The notes: a model not told the origin generated them from the letters alone. DNA of 64,000 nucleotides from the human T2T-CHM13v2.0 reference genome, Homo sapiens (GCF_009914755.1 NC_060940.1); one strand, 5' to 3'; counted from the stretch's first letter, positions 16,194-31,110 are shown. A program made the numbers and translations.

Positions 16194-16827
16194 CTTGTTG
16201 ATATTGTAACTCTCTTCCTTATCCTGATCTTTGGTCTGCCTTCTGAATCCGGTTTTATGTGTTTGCATTTCTTTTCAATCCTCTGTAACATGAGCTACCA
16301 TGAGATGTCTCTGAAATGAAAGGGCAGATATATAAAATAAAGTAAAAATCTTCTCAGGAAGTTTTGGGAACGGCTGTTTTAGAGAGGGACATCATTGGAG
16401 TCCCTAGAGGCTGTTACAGGAGCAGGTTGTTACTGAGTTTGGTGACTGGGATGTGCAGGATTTGGGGAGCTGGTGTGGTGAGAGAGGATCCTTGGCCGTC
16501 CTGAGCCAGGACTGGCATCTTGCCGAAAGTCCCGGCCTGGAGCGTCATGGAGATGTGGAGAGGCGAGACCAAGAACTCAAAGGCAGGGCTGAGGCCGGTG
16601 TCTTCAGGGGGTCAGTACTGGGACCTGGGAGGGTCAATTGGGTGGAGTTCCAGGCAGAGGAGGACCACTGCATGGGGGTGGTCTCCCCAGCCCTCGGTCA
16701 CCATGGTGTTGACCTGGAAGCCTGGCCCTGAACTGAGACCCCTGTCACACAAACTTCTGCACAGTAAGAAACCCATTCTGGTCCCTGAGACTAAAGAACG
16801 TGCCCCACCCTGTTATTTCCTCTTCAG

Positions 16828-16917
16828 TTTAAGAACCCCCTGATCCTGCTGCTGCTGGGCTCTGCCCTGGTGAGTGTCCTCACCAAGGAGTATGAGGACG
16901 CCGTCAGCATCGCCACG
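16828..16917 (+). CDS. ATP2C2: ATP2C2 exon 4 (FKNPLILLLLGSA...VSIAT), TM1, 90 nt
   Basis: tcttcAG|TTT, ACG|GTgagt. Confidence 0.97.
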
Positions 16918-17549
16918 GTGAGTTCCCTGACAGCGCTCGGCTCCCGGGCGGGCAGCCACAGGTCTGCTGAGTCTCTGCTTGTTATTGTATATAAAGAAAA
17001 AAAAGAGTTTGCTGTAGGGGGGAAAAAGGAGCATACAGAAGAAAGAAAGGAAAGCAAATCCACATCCTTCTTTACCCTAATATCAAGGTGCCCTGGTTTA
17101 TTCGGCCACTGCTTGCTTGCTGGACACACAGGTGCTTCTGGGTCTTTGCTAGAGCAGTGTTGCAGGGAATTCCTTTCCCGTGACCCTGGGATGAGGGGAA
17201 TAGAGCCTGGGCTGTGCACATTTGCCTTCCGAAGAACAACACCTTTGATCCATTACCGAGAGGTAACCACTGAGCACTCATTTTTTTTTTATTTAGATGA
17301 AATTCACATAATAAAATATTGACTATTTCACAGTGAACAATTCAGTGAAATTGAGTACATTCATGATATGGTGCCACCACCACCTCTGCCTAGTTCCAAA
17401 ACATTTTCATCACCCAGAAGGAAACCCTGTGCTCACCAGACAGTCACTTCCTGTCCCCGCTCCTACCAGCCCTTGGCAACCACCAATCTTTTTCTATCTC
17501 TGTGGGTTGAATGACCTATTCTGGATATGTCACTGAAATGGATTCAGAC

Positions 17550-18708
<1,159 letters not shown>

Positions 18709-18990
18709 TTATAAAAGAATATGTCCAGATTATAAGATGCGGTGCCTTAAGTGTGTCTACGCAGAAAAATCTAGATGGGTACTCTGAAATGTGCACGTCT
18801 GGGTGGTAAAAGATAGTGTCAATTTTTTCCTGCTCTTTTGGCTAGTATATTTTCTAAATTTCTGTACTGTGCACATGTTTTGCAAGAAGAAAGGAAATCA
18901 ATCATTAAAGACAAGCCCCTAGCCTGCCACGCCCTGTCCCCCCTCCCACTGAGCCTCTGGTACTGACACCCTCCTCCGTTTGCTGTCTAG

Positions 18991-19026
18991 GCAGTGCTTG
19001 TCGTGGTCACTGTCGCCTTCATCCAG
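18991..19026 (+). CDS. ATP2C2: ATP2C2 exon 5 (AVLVVVTVAFIQ), TM2, 36 nt
   Basis: gctgtctAG|GCA, CAG|GTgagt. Confidence 0.96.
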
Positions 19027-19126
19027 GTGAGTATTTCCTGAGGTCCCAGTCAGGGTAAGCTGGGCGGGACAGGAGCTTCATGGAGTCCCCACCTTTAAAC
19101 AGCACATCTGATGTGCTTCCTGCCAG

Positions 19127-19188
19127 GAGTACAGGTCGGAGAAATCTCTGGAAGAGCTGACCAAGCTGGTTCCTCCAGAATGTAACTG
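19127..19188 (+). CDS. ATP2C2: ATP2C2 exon 6 ([21 protein letters not shown]), 62 nt
   Basis: cctgccAG|GAG, CTG|GTaagt; 100-nt intron 5. Confidence 0.97.
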
Positions 19189-19827
19189 GTAAGTCAGAGC
19201 CTCCCTGGGACTTTTTGGTTCACTGGAGGAGCCAGGGAGCTGGAGAGTTTGGCAAATGTTTGCTGAAAGTTGTATCCTTGGTAGTGTCGGACAAGAGAAC
19301 CACATCTCACTGGGAGTTCTAAGGCCTGGTCTCCGCCTGCCAATAGGTCGCTGTGTGTCCTCGGGCATGTCACTCAACCTCTCTGGGCCTCAGCTCCATC
19401 ATCAGTGTCTAAATCAGGGTGCCTAGCCTGAGGACCACAGGTAGCAGGAGTGACTCTGGGAAGAGGGTAGCCCACAAAGCCTGTGAAATAATGTGCAGAA
19501 CTGTGTGCATTTTTTCTAGGGAGAGGGTCTGGAGGTTTATTTGAATTCTCAATGAATGGTCTCAGGAGAGTGAGATCCAGGTCTTTAACAAGCAGAGCCA
19601 TCAGAACATTGGCTGCAGCATAGGGTATAGGAAGAGTGAACTTGAGTAACTACTCAGCAGCTGCAACAGCCTCTTTCCTGCCCACAGTTTTCCATTGGTT
19701 ACTGCACGGCTCTTACAAAGATGTTTAACAAGGAAAGAGACAAGACTAAAATGTCTGCCAGTACCACATGGCCCTTTCTGCTTAGCGTAGCCCTGTGTGA
19801 TAGAACTTGCAGGAAATGTTCTATTAA

Positions 19828-20164
<337 letters not shown>

Positions 20165-20329
20165 ACAAACTAAATTCTTAATGTTATTTAATTTTAATTT
20201 TTATTTAAATATGCACATGGACCTAGTGGCTACCATATTGGGCAGCTCAGCTTAGAACATCTGCGGGGGCCCTTCTAGGAACAGCTGCCATTGGTGGAGG
20301 AAGCTGACAGGCCCAGGAGGGAAAACAGC

Positions 20330-20435
20330 TTTTTCCTTTTTCTTTTCTTTCTTTCCTTTCTTTTCTTTTCTTTCTTTTCTTTCTTTCCTTTCTCTTCTTT
20401 CTTTTCCTTTCTTCCTTTCTTTCTCTATCTTTTTG
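20330..20435 (+). repeat. (CTTT)n-like polypyrimidine tract (expanded tail of an antisense Alu)
   Basis: About 100 nt almost entirely C/T. Confidence 0.9.
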
Positions 20436-20669
20436 TTGTTGTTGTTGTTGAGACAGGGTCTGGCTCTGTTGCCTAGGCTAGAGTGCAGTGGCAGGATCTC
20501 GGCTCACTGCAACCTGTGCCTGCCTCCAGGGCTCAAGTGATCCTCCTGCCTTACTTTCCCAAGTAGCTGGGAATACAGGTGCATGCCATGCCACCACACC
20601 TGACTACTTTTTTGTATCAGCTGCTACAAAAGTTACTGCATTTTTTGCATTTTTATTTTTTAAACCTGA

Positions 20670-20996
20670 TTGTGTATGTGTGTGTATGTATGTGTGTACG
20701 TGTGTGCACGTATGTGTGTGTGTGCGAGCATGTCTGCACGTGTGTGTGCGTGTGTGTCTGTATGCGTGTGTCTGCGTGCGTGTGTGCATGTGTGTGTGCG
20801 TGTGTGTATATGTGTCTGTGTGTGTCTGTGCATGTGTCTGTGTATGTGTGTGCGTGTGTGTATGCATGTGTGTGTCTGTCTCCGTGTGTGTGTCTGTGCA
20901 TGTGTATGTGTGCATGTGTGTATATGTGTCTGTCTGTGTGTGCATGTGTCTGTGTGTGTATGCGTGTGTGTGTGTGTGTGTGTATGTGTGTGTGTG
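20670..20996 (+). repeat. Compound (TG)n microsatellite inside the linker of an antisense Alu (about 20435-21030)
   Basis: About 325 nt of interrupted TG repeat; Alu right arm upstream, ggagatggggtttcactatgttg left-arm remnant downstream. Confidence 0.95.
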
Positions 20997-21202
20997 GAGA
21001 TGGGGTTTCACTATGTTGCTCAGTCTGGGAAAACAGCTCATTCTAAGCTTAACTTTTAGCATAGCAGTGGTCCATAAGCTCGTTCTCCTAGTAGAAAATG
21101 AAATGATTTCAAAAAAGGCCAAAGTCTTCTCCCCACCCCTGCTAACATTGGTTGAGGTCCTGTCAGGCTGATCTGTCTTTCCCGAACATACCTGGCTGCT
21201 CA

Positions 21203-21529
<327 letters not shown>

Positions 21530-23896
21530 GTATCTCATGGTCTGGGGTGTCTGGGAACAACTCAGCCCACCCTCTGAGTCTCCAAGACCCATTTCCAACA
21601 TTTGGCAAACATACGGCAACTCCGTATTTTCTGAAGGATAATTTTCAGGGAGAGCTTTAGTATATATCCCAGGCACATGTTGTGCAACTGAGCCATGGGG
21701 CTAGGGTAGAAAGCCGTAGTGAGATACGGTCCCGCGTCTCAAAGAGTCAGCATTCAAGGGGCGTGTGTGTATAATACAAGGCGGAGAATGACGAAGGACC
21801 AAATAGGGACAAGAAGAGGATGATACAGAATTGACCCACATCACAGAGGGTGAGTCAATTGTAGGAGGGCCGCGGGAGCAGTAGAAATGTCTGGGCTCGC
21901 TGGTCGGATGAACAGTGCTGTCAGAAATCCAGACATGTGACATCATTAACTGAGCAAACGGAAGCATAAATGATTTATGTGATTTGATGATCCGATCTTA
22001 AGCTTAAATATCGAGTCTTGGCCTTTCAGGTGAATAGCGTGCATTATTGATGTCTCCCGGGAGGTCACTTCTAAAAGACGGTTTTATGTACAAAAGCAGC
22101 GGTGTCGGGCAGCCCAGTAGAGTTGAAAGAGCGCTGAAGAGGTGAAGCCCACCCTTTGAGTCTCTGAGACCCATTTCCAACTCAGGGGAAACCCTGCTGT
22201 GCGGGACCCCCTCCCTGTGTTACTCCATCCCTGGTGCAGGCATCAAATATTTATTGAGCACCTACTGTATGCCTGGAGAAAGGGCACTGAGGTTATACAA
22301 GTGGAAGAAATGGGGAGGCCTCGGCCTTTGGGGACCTCACATTCCTACCAAGGGAGTACATAATAAGCCAGTGAAGAACAAGATGACCTTGGAATTGTCC
22401 AGGTACACAAAAGCCAAAAAATACTGGAGGCCACCAAAACAAATAAAAAACCCCACTGAGATGTAATAGTGACTGGTAGAAGGGTGAGGACAACCCTAAA
22501 TAGCTGTGGATCAGGCTGACATTTAGAGAGGAGGTGACATTTAAGCTGAGGCCTGAGGAAGAGGAGCCTGCCATGGGAGGAGCTGAGGGAGCAACAGGTA
22601 TATCTCTGGCAGGTGCTCTTGGCTACAAGGAACAGAAAGTCCAGTTGCACAAACGCCAAGAAAAGTATATTGTCTCATAGCCAGGGATCTGAGGTGGGAG
22701 CCGTGGGGTTAGTTAATTCAGGAGAGCACCCAGGGCGTGGTTCTTTCACCTCCTTACCCTGCCACCTTGTGCCCACTGGGGTTGCATTGGTTCTTGGCTG
22801 GCTCTCCTCATGATCCCAGATGGCTGCCACAGCTCCTTGCATCACAGCCAAACACGCAAAGGCCCTATAGAAGAAGGGTGTGTGTGTGTGCGTGCACGCG
22901 CGTGTACAGTAAGGAAATCTTTTCCCACAAGCCCCCAGCAAACATCCACTCATGTCTCTCGGGCCAGTGTTGCATGATGTGCTGATACCTAAGCCAATCA
23001 AGGGCAGGGGTCTTAGCCAGGCATGACCCACTCCCCAGAGCACGTGGCTGTGGGGAGAGGGTGGATACCTCAACAAGATCAAATTCCATTAACAAGGAAG
23101 AGGGGAATTTCTGCTCCTGCATTTGAGGTCTGCAAAGCCCCTGAGGCCAGAAGGAGCCTGTGCGTTTAAGGGGGCTGGATGGAATGAGATGGGAGCTGCA
23201 GGAGGCTGGCTGGCCGTGGAGGAGATCTTTGAGTTTGGTACCAGGGTCATGGGAAAGCCATCGGAGGGTTTGGAGCAGGAGGGGGTTGGGATCTGGTTTG
23301 GGGTTCTAAGAGCGCTCCAGCTGCCATATGCAGGATGGGTTGAAGGGGCCAGGTCGGAGGTCAGAGTCAGCTGGGACGGGCAAGCGGCGGTGGTGTGGGG
23401 GATTCCATTTGGAGCCTGTACGGAAGCATATCCGTAGTCTGAGGGCAGCTGGTCATGGCCCTGCGGGAATGGAGGTCCTGGGCTTCCTCCCAGCTGTGAT
23501 AAGGCTCTGCCATCCCTGACTTCCTGAGACAGACCCTGCACCCTGAGTGCTGTGTGCTCTGAGGACAAAACTCTGCCGGCTGCATTTGGAGGCTTTAGAA
23601 CTGCTGACCTTGGCCCCAGGAGCCTCCCTGGGGCATGTGGCCCACGTGGTTTCCAGGCAGGGTAAACAGCAATGGCCTCATCTTTCAGATGTGGCCCAGG
23701 GATGCCCAGAAACCACATACTTTCTCTAAAGTCTTATAGGATATGTTAATTTCAAAATAATAACACCCCAAAGGCACAGGGTTGGTGTATATTAAAAGAG
23801 AAAAGTGTGTTTCTATTCTCCTTGTTCAAATGTATCAAGGTGCATAAAAACAAATGTCAGCATGGATGCTTTTGCTTTTTACCATGTCAAATGCAG

Positions 23897-24005
23897 CCTA
23901 AGAGAAGGAAAACTCCAGCACCTGCTTGCTCGAGAACTGGTTCCTGGTGATGTCGTATCTCTCTTGATCGGAGACCGGATCCCTGCAGACATCCGACTCA
24001 CTGAG
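23897..24005 (+). CDS. ATP2C2: ATP2C2 exon 7 (LREGK...LVPGD...[12 protein letters not shown]), actuator domain, 109 nt
   Basis: atgcAG|CCTA, GAG|GTgagt; LVPGD and IPAD motifs. Confidence 0.97.
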
Positions 24006-24357
24006 GTGAGTGGTTCCAAACCCTTGTCAATGGGGTATTTGATGGAGCTGGTCAAGGAGCAGACACTTAGCTAATTGTAGGCATGTATAGTCTCTCTCAT
24101 ACACACATGCTCAAACATACATGCACATGCATACACACAAGACAGGAAGTTAGCAGACAAGCGTGTTCTACGCATAGAGCCCCTCAAACCATATTTCATA
24201 AATTGTCATCCTCACTTTAAGCCTGACAACCTTTGGCTATACGATTTTCCAGTTTAAAGCAGGCTGCAATAACAAATTAAACCAAGGTGGGCTTGGGGAA
24301 TGATGTGAGAGTTGCCTCTCAAAACAGACACACAAGTGTTAGAAAGAAGTGATATTA

Positions 24358-24589
<232 letters not shown>

Positions 24590-27204
24590 TTAGAGTAGTG
24601 AGGTTTGGGGACATTGGCTGTGGGGCAAGCTTCGTGGGTCTCTGGGTGTCACAGCTTCACAGAGCCATGCCTGAGGCACTCTGCTGAGATTATCCTGGGT
24701 TCCCAAGAGGTTACATCAAGTTCACCATGATTTGTTGATGGGAGTAATCTATTTCAAGAATCTTTCCAAGAATGTGTAAGGACTGTTCAAAGCTTTGCAT
24801 GATGAAGAATTAGACACAGATTATCTGCCTGATTTATTTACTGATGGGATGCATTCTCAGGAACTGTAGGATCAAGGACCCGCTATTAAGAGGGCAGCAT
24901 CAGGGAAGCGGATGGAGAAGAGCACAAAGGGTTGGAAGCTACCCCCTGGGACCTGGGTTTACAACATTCCTAGCCTGTCTGTGAAATAGGAGGCAGGGGC
25001 CAGGGCTTATGTGTGGCCACTCGGACATTGAGCCTCTCTGCCGTGACCTTCAGATTTCCAGGCAGGGCAGGGATAAGGGTGGGAGATGTTCAGTTACCAA
25101 AGTGAGGGAGGGTTCGCCCTCGGGCTCAGGCTGGTGCCCTCTGTAGCACCAGATACAGATCCTCTGTGGCCCCCGCCTCTCCCCGTGTTCAGCTCCAGCA
25201 GTCAGCGTCTGACCCCAAGTCTGGGGTGCATGGATCCGGTCAGAGGAACGGCTGTCTGTGGCCAATCCCCGCCTACAAGGAGGACTGGGGAAGCTGGGCT
25301 CACATTTTCCACGTTTTCCTTCTCCCGAGAAGGGGGGTCCTAACAGGGGATGCTCCAGATGCCAGGCAGCTTGTGAGAAGGACACAGGTCCACCACAAGG
25401 GCTGGTGCAGAGGCAGAGAGAGGCCGTATGAGAGGTGGCCAATGACCTGGGGTTGGGCATTAGCCTGGGCTTGAGCCCTGGGACCATCATTCAAAGCCTT
25501 GTGAACCTTGAGCAAGTTAGTTAACCTCTCTGTGCCTCAGTTTTCTCATCTGCAAAATGGGGGGTGGTGATGCCCATAGGGTACTTGGGAGGATTACAGA
25601 TCTTCAGAGATGCCAAAAGTGCTCAGAACGGTGCCTGGCACAGGTGAGTGAGAGGCAGGTGTGGGGGCTGCCGTACTGCAGTGTGTGTTGGAAGTCAGAG
25701 AACCCCAGGCCCCATAGCTCCTAGGGCGTGACTCGGGGAAGGAATTCACCTCTCTGAGCTTCGATCTCCTCATCTCTAAAAGGGGCTGATGTTGGTTTCC
25801 ATTTCACAGGGTTATTGTGAAGATGAAACAAGCTATGACCCATGCTGTGCTTAGCACATGCCTTTTGTGGGGTAAACAGTCACCAGATACTTGTGATTGC
25901 TTTTATTTTTTATCATTATCGTTCTATACAACGGTTCTTTGAAACAACTTTTTAGACCCCAGGTAACTTCCTTACTGCTTCAGCTGGCTTTCTCTCTGCC
26001 CTGCTTATGTTAAATTAAACTGTGGCTGGGCACAGTGGCTCATACCTGTCATCCCAATACTTTGGGCAGCCAAGGCGAGTGGATTGCTTGAGCCCAGGAG
26101 TTCAAGACCAGCCTGGGCAACATAGTGACACTCCATCTGTACAAAAACTATTGTACCTGTGTATTGATACCACGAAGGTTATTTTAAGGCTACTGGCTGT
26201 GAACACTCTATGGATTTTCCTGGTGGTATTCTGCAATTCCATTAAACAATCAATAGCTTTGCCTATTCAGTGGAAAATGCTTATCAGCTATTAAGCTCTG
26301 AGATCCAGGAGTACTTCAAGTGTACATTTTAAAACCATTTTGGTCTAGCAGGTTCAGCAGGAAGCAGCAAGTTCAAGAAAGCTCTTAAAGTAATAGACCT
26401 TTTTGCACAGTATATGGGGGTCCCAGAACATTATTTTCCCTTTCCTGGAGTTAAAACAGAGGAAGCCCTCAGTCAGAGGCTGAGCTGGTACAGCCAGCAA
26501 GCCTGGGTCACACTTTCTCCCCTACCATGTCTAAAAGAAAAAGGGAATTGGGTCGGAGGTGATGGGACTCCAAGTGACGCTTCGTCTTGGAGGTGGGGGC
26601 ACCGGGTGGGCGTGAGCCCTGTGTGTGGGAGATAGGAGGTGAGCCCGCGATTGTGCCTCTGTCTTCAGGCTCGGCCTGCCGCCTCCTTGGTGGCTATGGG
26701 TTCTGTTCCCCCGACTCTATTTTCGCCCCTCACCCCTCCTTGCCCCTTACCTGAGATTGTGCCCTGGGAGCCTGGGAGGTCACCAGAAGCCCCTCCTGCC
26801 CACCTGCTGAACCCACACACAACCACCTTCACTCCTTCTTGGTCCGGAGGTGCCACCTGATCTTCTACCTGCCTTTATTTTTGTCATATGAAGACAACGA
26901 ATATTTTTCAGTATAACAGGTCTATGCTAACCACCGTATGAAAATTGTTTCATTTGTTCTCCCAACACCCTTAAGAGACCAGCACTGTTATTTTTCCTCT
27001 GCGTTATTTTACTACACGGACACAGCAGCCCGCAGAGGTTGCGTGGCCCTGCGCAGTCACACGGCAGTGGGCGGTGGAGGGGGACATGACCCCGGGCCTC
27101 TAGCTCCGCAGCCCATGTCCTTACCCCCAGGACGTTCTCTCTCTCCCTGTGAGCAGCTGTTCAGACTCTTCCTGGCACTGCCTCTCCCCCTGAGTTTCCT
27201 CCAT

Positions 27205-27617
27205 GTATCCGTTGCCCATGGCTGCTGTGGCAGATGACCGCTTACTTAGGGGCTTAAAACAAGGTGAAGATATGGTCTGACCTTCTGGAGGTCAAAATTG
27301 AAATCGTTTTCACTGGGTGGAAATCAACAGTGCTAACAGGGTCCAGGCGCGGTGGCTCACTCCTGTAATCCCAGCACTTTGGGAGGCTGAGGTGGGTGGA
27401 TCACCTGAGGTCAGGAGTTGGAGACCAGCCTGGCCAACATGGCAAAACCCTGTCTCTACTAAAAATAAAAAAATTAGCCAGGCGTGGTGGCGTGCACCTG
27501 TAGTCCCAGCTACTCAGGAGACTGAGGCAGGAGAATTGCTTGAACCTGGGAGGTGGGGTTTTAGTGAGGAGAGATTGCACCACTGCACTGTAGCCTGGGT
27601 GACAGAGTGAGACCCCA

Positions 27618-27653
<36 letters not shown>

Positions 27654-27990
27654 GCTACTGGGGCCATGCTCCTGCAGAGGCTCCAGGGGAGAAGCTGTTT
27701 CCTGGCCTTTCCCAGCTTCTAGAAGCCGCCTGCATTCCTTGGCTCATGGCTCCATGTTCCCGCACCACTGCTTCTGTTACATCTCCCTGACATCAGACAC
27801 ATCTCCAACCCTCCTTCCTCCCCTCCCTTATGAGGACCCTCGTGATCTCACGGGGCCCACCCCGGTCACCCAGACCATATTCTCCCCACGCCAAGGTCCT
27901 TCAGTTAGTCACGTCTGCATAGTCTCTGTCACCACATCAGAGAACACATTCCCAAGTTGAGGATTAGGATGCGGACATCATGGGAAAGCT
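27205..27990 (-). mobile_element. MLT1 LTR interrupted by a sense Alu (about 27340-27651)
   Basis: ggcttaaaacaa..ttctggaggtcaaaa..ggctccaggggagaa..ccttttcccagcttctagaagccgcctgcattccttggctcatggc. Confidence 0.75.
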
Positions 27991-29213
27991 GGGGGCAGGG
28001 GGACGTTACTCAGCAGGCCACACTGCAGCCCTTTTCCAGGTCTCCTCCCTCCTCCCTTCCCTTGGGGCCCCCGACCCCACTCCCCATCCACATCGCTCAT
28101 TCATTCAACAAGTGTTTCCTGAGCACCTACTACGTATGAGGCCCTGGGCTGGGTACCGAGGACACCGTGCAGGAAGCAGACCTGGTCCCTGTGCTCGTGA
28201 GTTTATAGCCCAGAGTGACAGACTGACTTAAATCTACTCGTGACAAGTACTGTTCCAGGACTGCTAAGGGACCCATGAGTGGAAGTACTGGGAATCCTGG
28301 ATTTCCCAAATGGGAGAGACTTGCCTGGCCTGGTGCACTCAGGGAGGGCTTCCTGGAGATAGCAGCTTTTGGCGCAAAACAGCCGTTTTAGGCAAAGGAG
28401 GCCCAAGCTACTTGTCTCATGCTGACCAAAAAGCCTGATAAGTTTTCGCTTTCAACTGCCATGGGGGCACCTAAAACCCTCCCCCAGCACATGTGACTTA
28501 ACCTATCTCATCCCGGAGGTCTCTGCTCCCTGTCCCTCCTCCCAGGCCTTTCCCCAGCCACCTCTTCTCAGGGGCCTCCCTCCCTGCTCTGTACACCCTG
28601 GTGTTGGATCCAGTGCTTGTTTATCGTCATTTCCCCCACCTCCTCCATGGAGTATCATCTTCCTGAGGCAGAAATTGTACCCCATTCACTGCGGTATTCC
28701 CAGTGCCCAGAGGAGTCTCTGGCCTATCGGAGGATATGGATGGTCAGGTTTCCCATCAGTCCAAACCCACACTCACTCCCCACCCCATGTGCCTCCTCTC
28801 TTCCAAACGCCTTCTCCTCCTTCCTCCTTCTCTTCGTAGTTTTCTTCCCGGGGTGGGGGTCATCTTTGATCTCTCCCTTTCTTTCTTTTTTTTTTTTTTT
28901 TAAAGGACTTCATTGTTTAGAAATGTTTTAGATTTGTGGGAAAATTCAGCTCAGGGTTCCCATCTACCCCTCACCCGGGATCCCCTCCTGTTTTTAATGC
29001 CTTAGCTTACTTGGGTACATCGGTCACAACTAAGGAACCCATATTGATGCCTTCTTGTTACCTTGAGTCTGTGACACTTTCAGATCCCCATAGATTTCCC
29101 TAATGTCCTTTTTCTGCTCCAGGATCCTACCTGACATTTAGTGGTCATGTCTCCTGAGGTTCTTGTTGGCTGTGACAGTTTCTGATGTTCCTTGTTTTTG
29201 ACCTTGACCTTGA

Positions 29214-29518
<305 letters not shown>

Positions 29519-30802
29519 GTCCTTGACAGTTTTGAGGAGCCCCAGCCAGGTATTTTCCAGAATGTTCTTTGAGCCTCCTTCAAAGACTTTCCTCAGCATC
29601 GCTCAGTGACTTCTTATGCTTCATTGTCCAGAGCTGGAGCCGCGGGAGCCACAGGGAGGTGGGAATGTGACTGCGCAGCCGGAGGCCTCGCCTCCCTGAC
29701 GCTGTGGGGTCCACTGGGAAGGAAGTGGGGAGACGGGCATTACCTGGGTGACAGGCGGCCACTGTCGTTCTTGGGGACTGAGATGCTATGGCAGTGCACA
29801 TATTTTTAAAAGATGACTACTAAATTTAAATAGTTTTAAATTATAGAGAAGTCGCAGGTCCCTGTTTGAGAATCATTGATCTAGCTGTGGTTCTCTGGTG
29901 GTTTGTGGAAGATGGCTTCTCTCTAGCTTGGTGTTACATGCTTACATGACCAGGTCCCTAGGGATAGGCCCACCCAGCCCCGCTTTATGAACTCAGAGGT
30001 GTCTGGCACGGTTCTGGCCCTGGGAGCCTCACCTCGGGAGTGAGATGTGTTAAGTCTGGGGTCAAGTTGCGGTTTTGCAAGATGGTTAAGAGTATCGTTT
30101 CTGGAACCAGAGCTTCGGTTCAAATCTCTGTTTTGCCACTAACTAGCTACGGAAACTTGAACAAATTACTTAATTCTTCCATGCTTCAGTTTCCCCATAT
30201 GCAAAATGGGGAAGATAGTAGAGTCTTCCATTGGGGGTGGTGAGTTCTGAGGGCTAAGCCTTGTGGGGAGCTGCGCACAGGGCCTGGTGTGTAGTCAGTG
30301 TTCTGCAAATGTCAGTATCTCCCTTCCCTTTGCCAGGGTGTGTGAGTGTCTCTGTGTCCCTGTCTGTGTTTCTGGTGTTACTGTTGCCTTAGATTCTGAC
30401 TGAATAACCTGGCTCGGTTATTGTGTGGGATTGTGTGGGAACCATACAGATTGTACAGGCATCTCCAAGGTAAAGAGTGGGCTGCGTATGTGGGGACTCA
30501 CACAGGTGTTTTGAAAGGTATATCCTAAAATAGCCATCACCTTCATTTTTTTTTTAGATTGTATCAAAATTTCGAACAACATTAAGCAAAGATATGAGAC
30601 TTTTATGTTTTTAAGAGAGGCCGCTCATTCAAAGCTTTTCTGATCCTGGAGGCCTCAGAGGCCGTCGTTGTGACACTCATTCTGTAGGTTCACTGTGTTC
30701 TTGAGTTCATGTCCATGAAGGTGCTGGTACCATTTTGTGCTTTTAACACCAATTCTCGGGGTGACAGAGAGATTCCACAGCCTTTTCCCCTTGCTCTCCT
30801 AG

Positions 30803-30952
30803 GTCACGGACCTCTTGGTGGATGAATCCAGTTTCACCGGGGAAGCCGAGCCATGTAGTAAAACAGACAGCCCCTTGACAGGCGGTGGGGACCTCACCAC
30901 CCTCAGCAACATCGTCTTCATGGGGACCCTGGTGCAGTATGGGAGGGGCCAG
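30803..30952 (+). CDS. ATP2C2: ATP2C2 exon 8 (VTDLLVDESSFTGE...GRGQ), 150 nt
   Basis: ctcctAG|GTC, CAG|GTaagc; DESSFTGE dephosphorylation loop. Confidence 0.98.
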
Positions 30953-31041
30953 GTAAGCCCTGGGACACCGAGGCCTTGGGCTCCCGTAACCCACAGGCTC
31001 CCAGCCCTTAGATTTCATACTTCTCTCTCTCCTGGACACAG

Positions 31042-31110
31042 GGGGTCGTGATTGGAACAGGGGAAAGCTCTCAGTTCGGAGAAGTGTTTAAGATGATGCA
31101 GGCTGAAGAG
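31042..31110 (+). CDS. ATP2C2: ATP2C2 exon 9 (GVVIGTG...MQAEE), 69 nt
   Basis: gacacAG|GGG, GAG|GTaagg; 89-nt intron 8. Confidence 0.97.

Noticed and set aside
19027-19129. Extra donor AGG|GTAAGC in intron 5 and CAGGAG tandem acceptor at exon 6
   Set aside because: The donor adds 28 nt with an immediate stop and leaves a 72-nt intron; GAG acceptors are rarely used
23089-23718. 209-aa minus-strand ORF in intron 6
   Set aside because: GC-rich, non-ATG start, no recognisable domain; expected by chance
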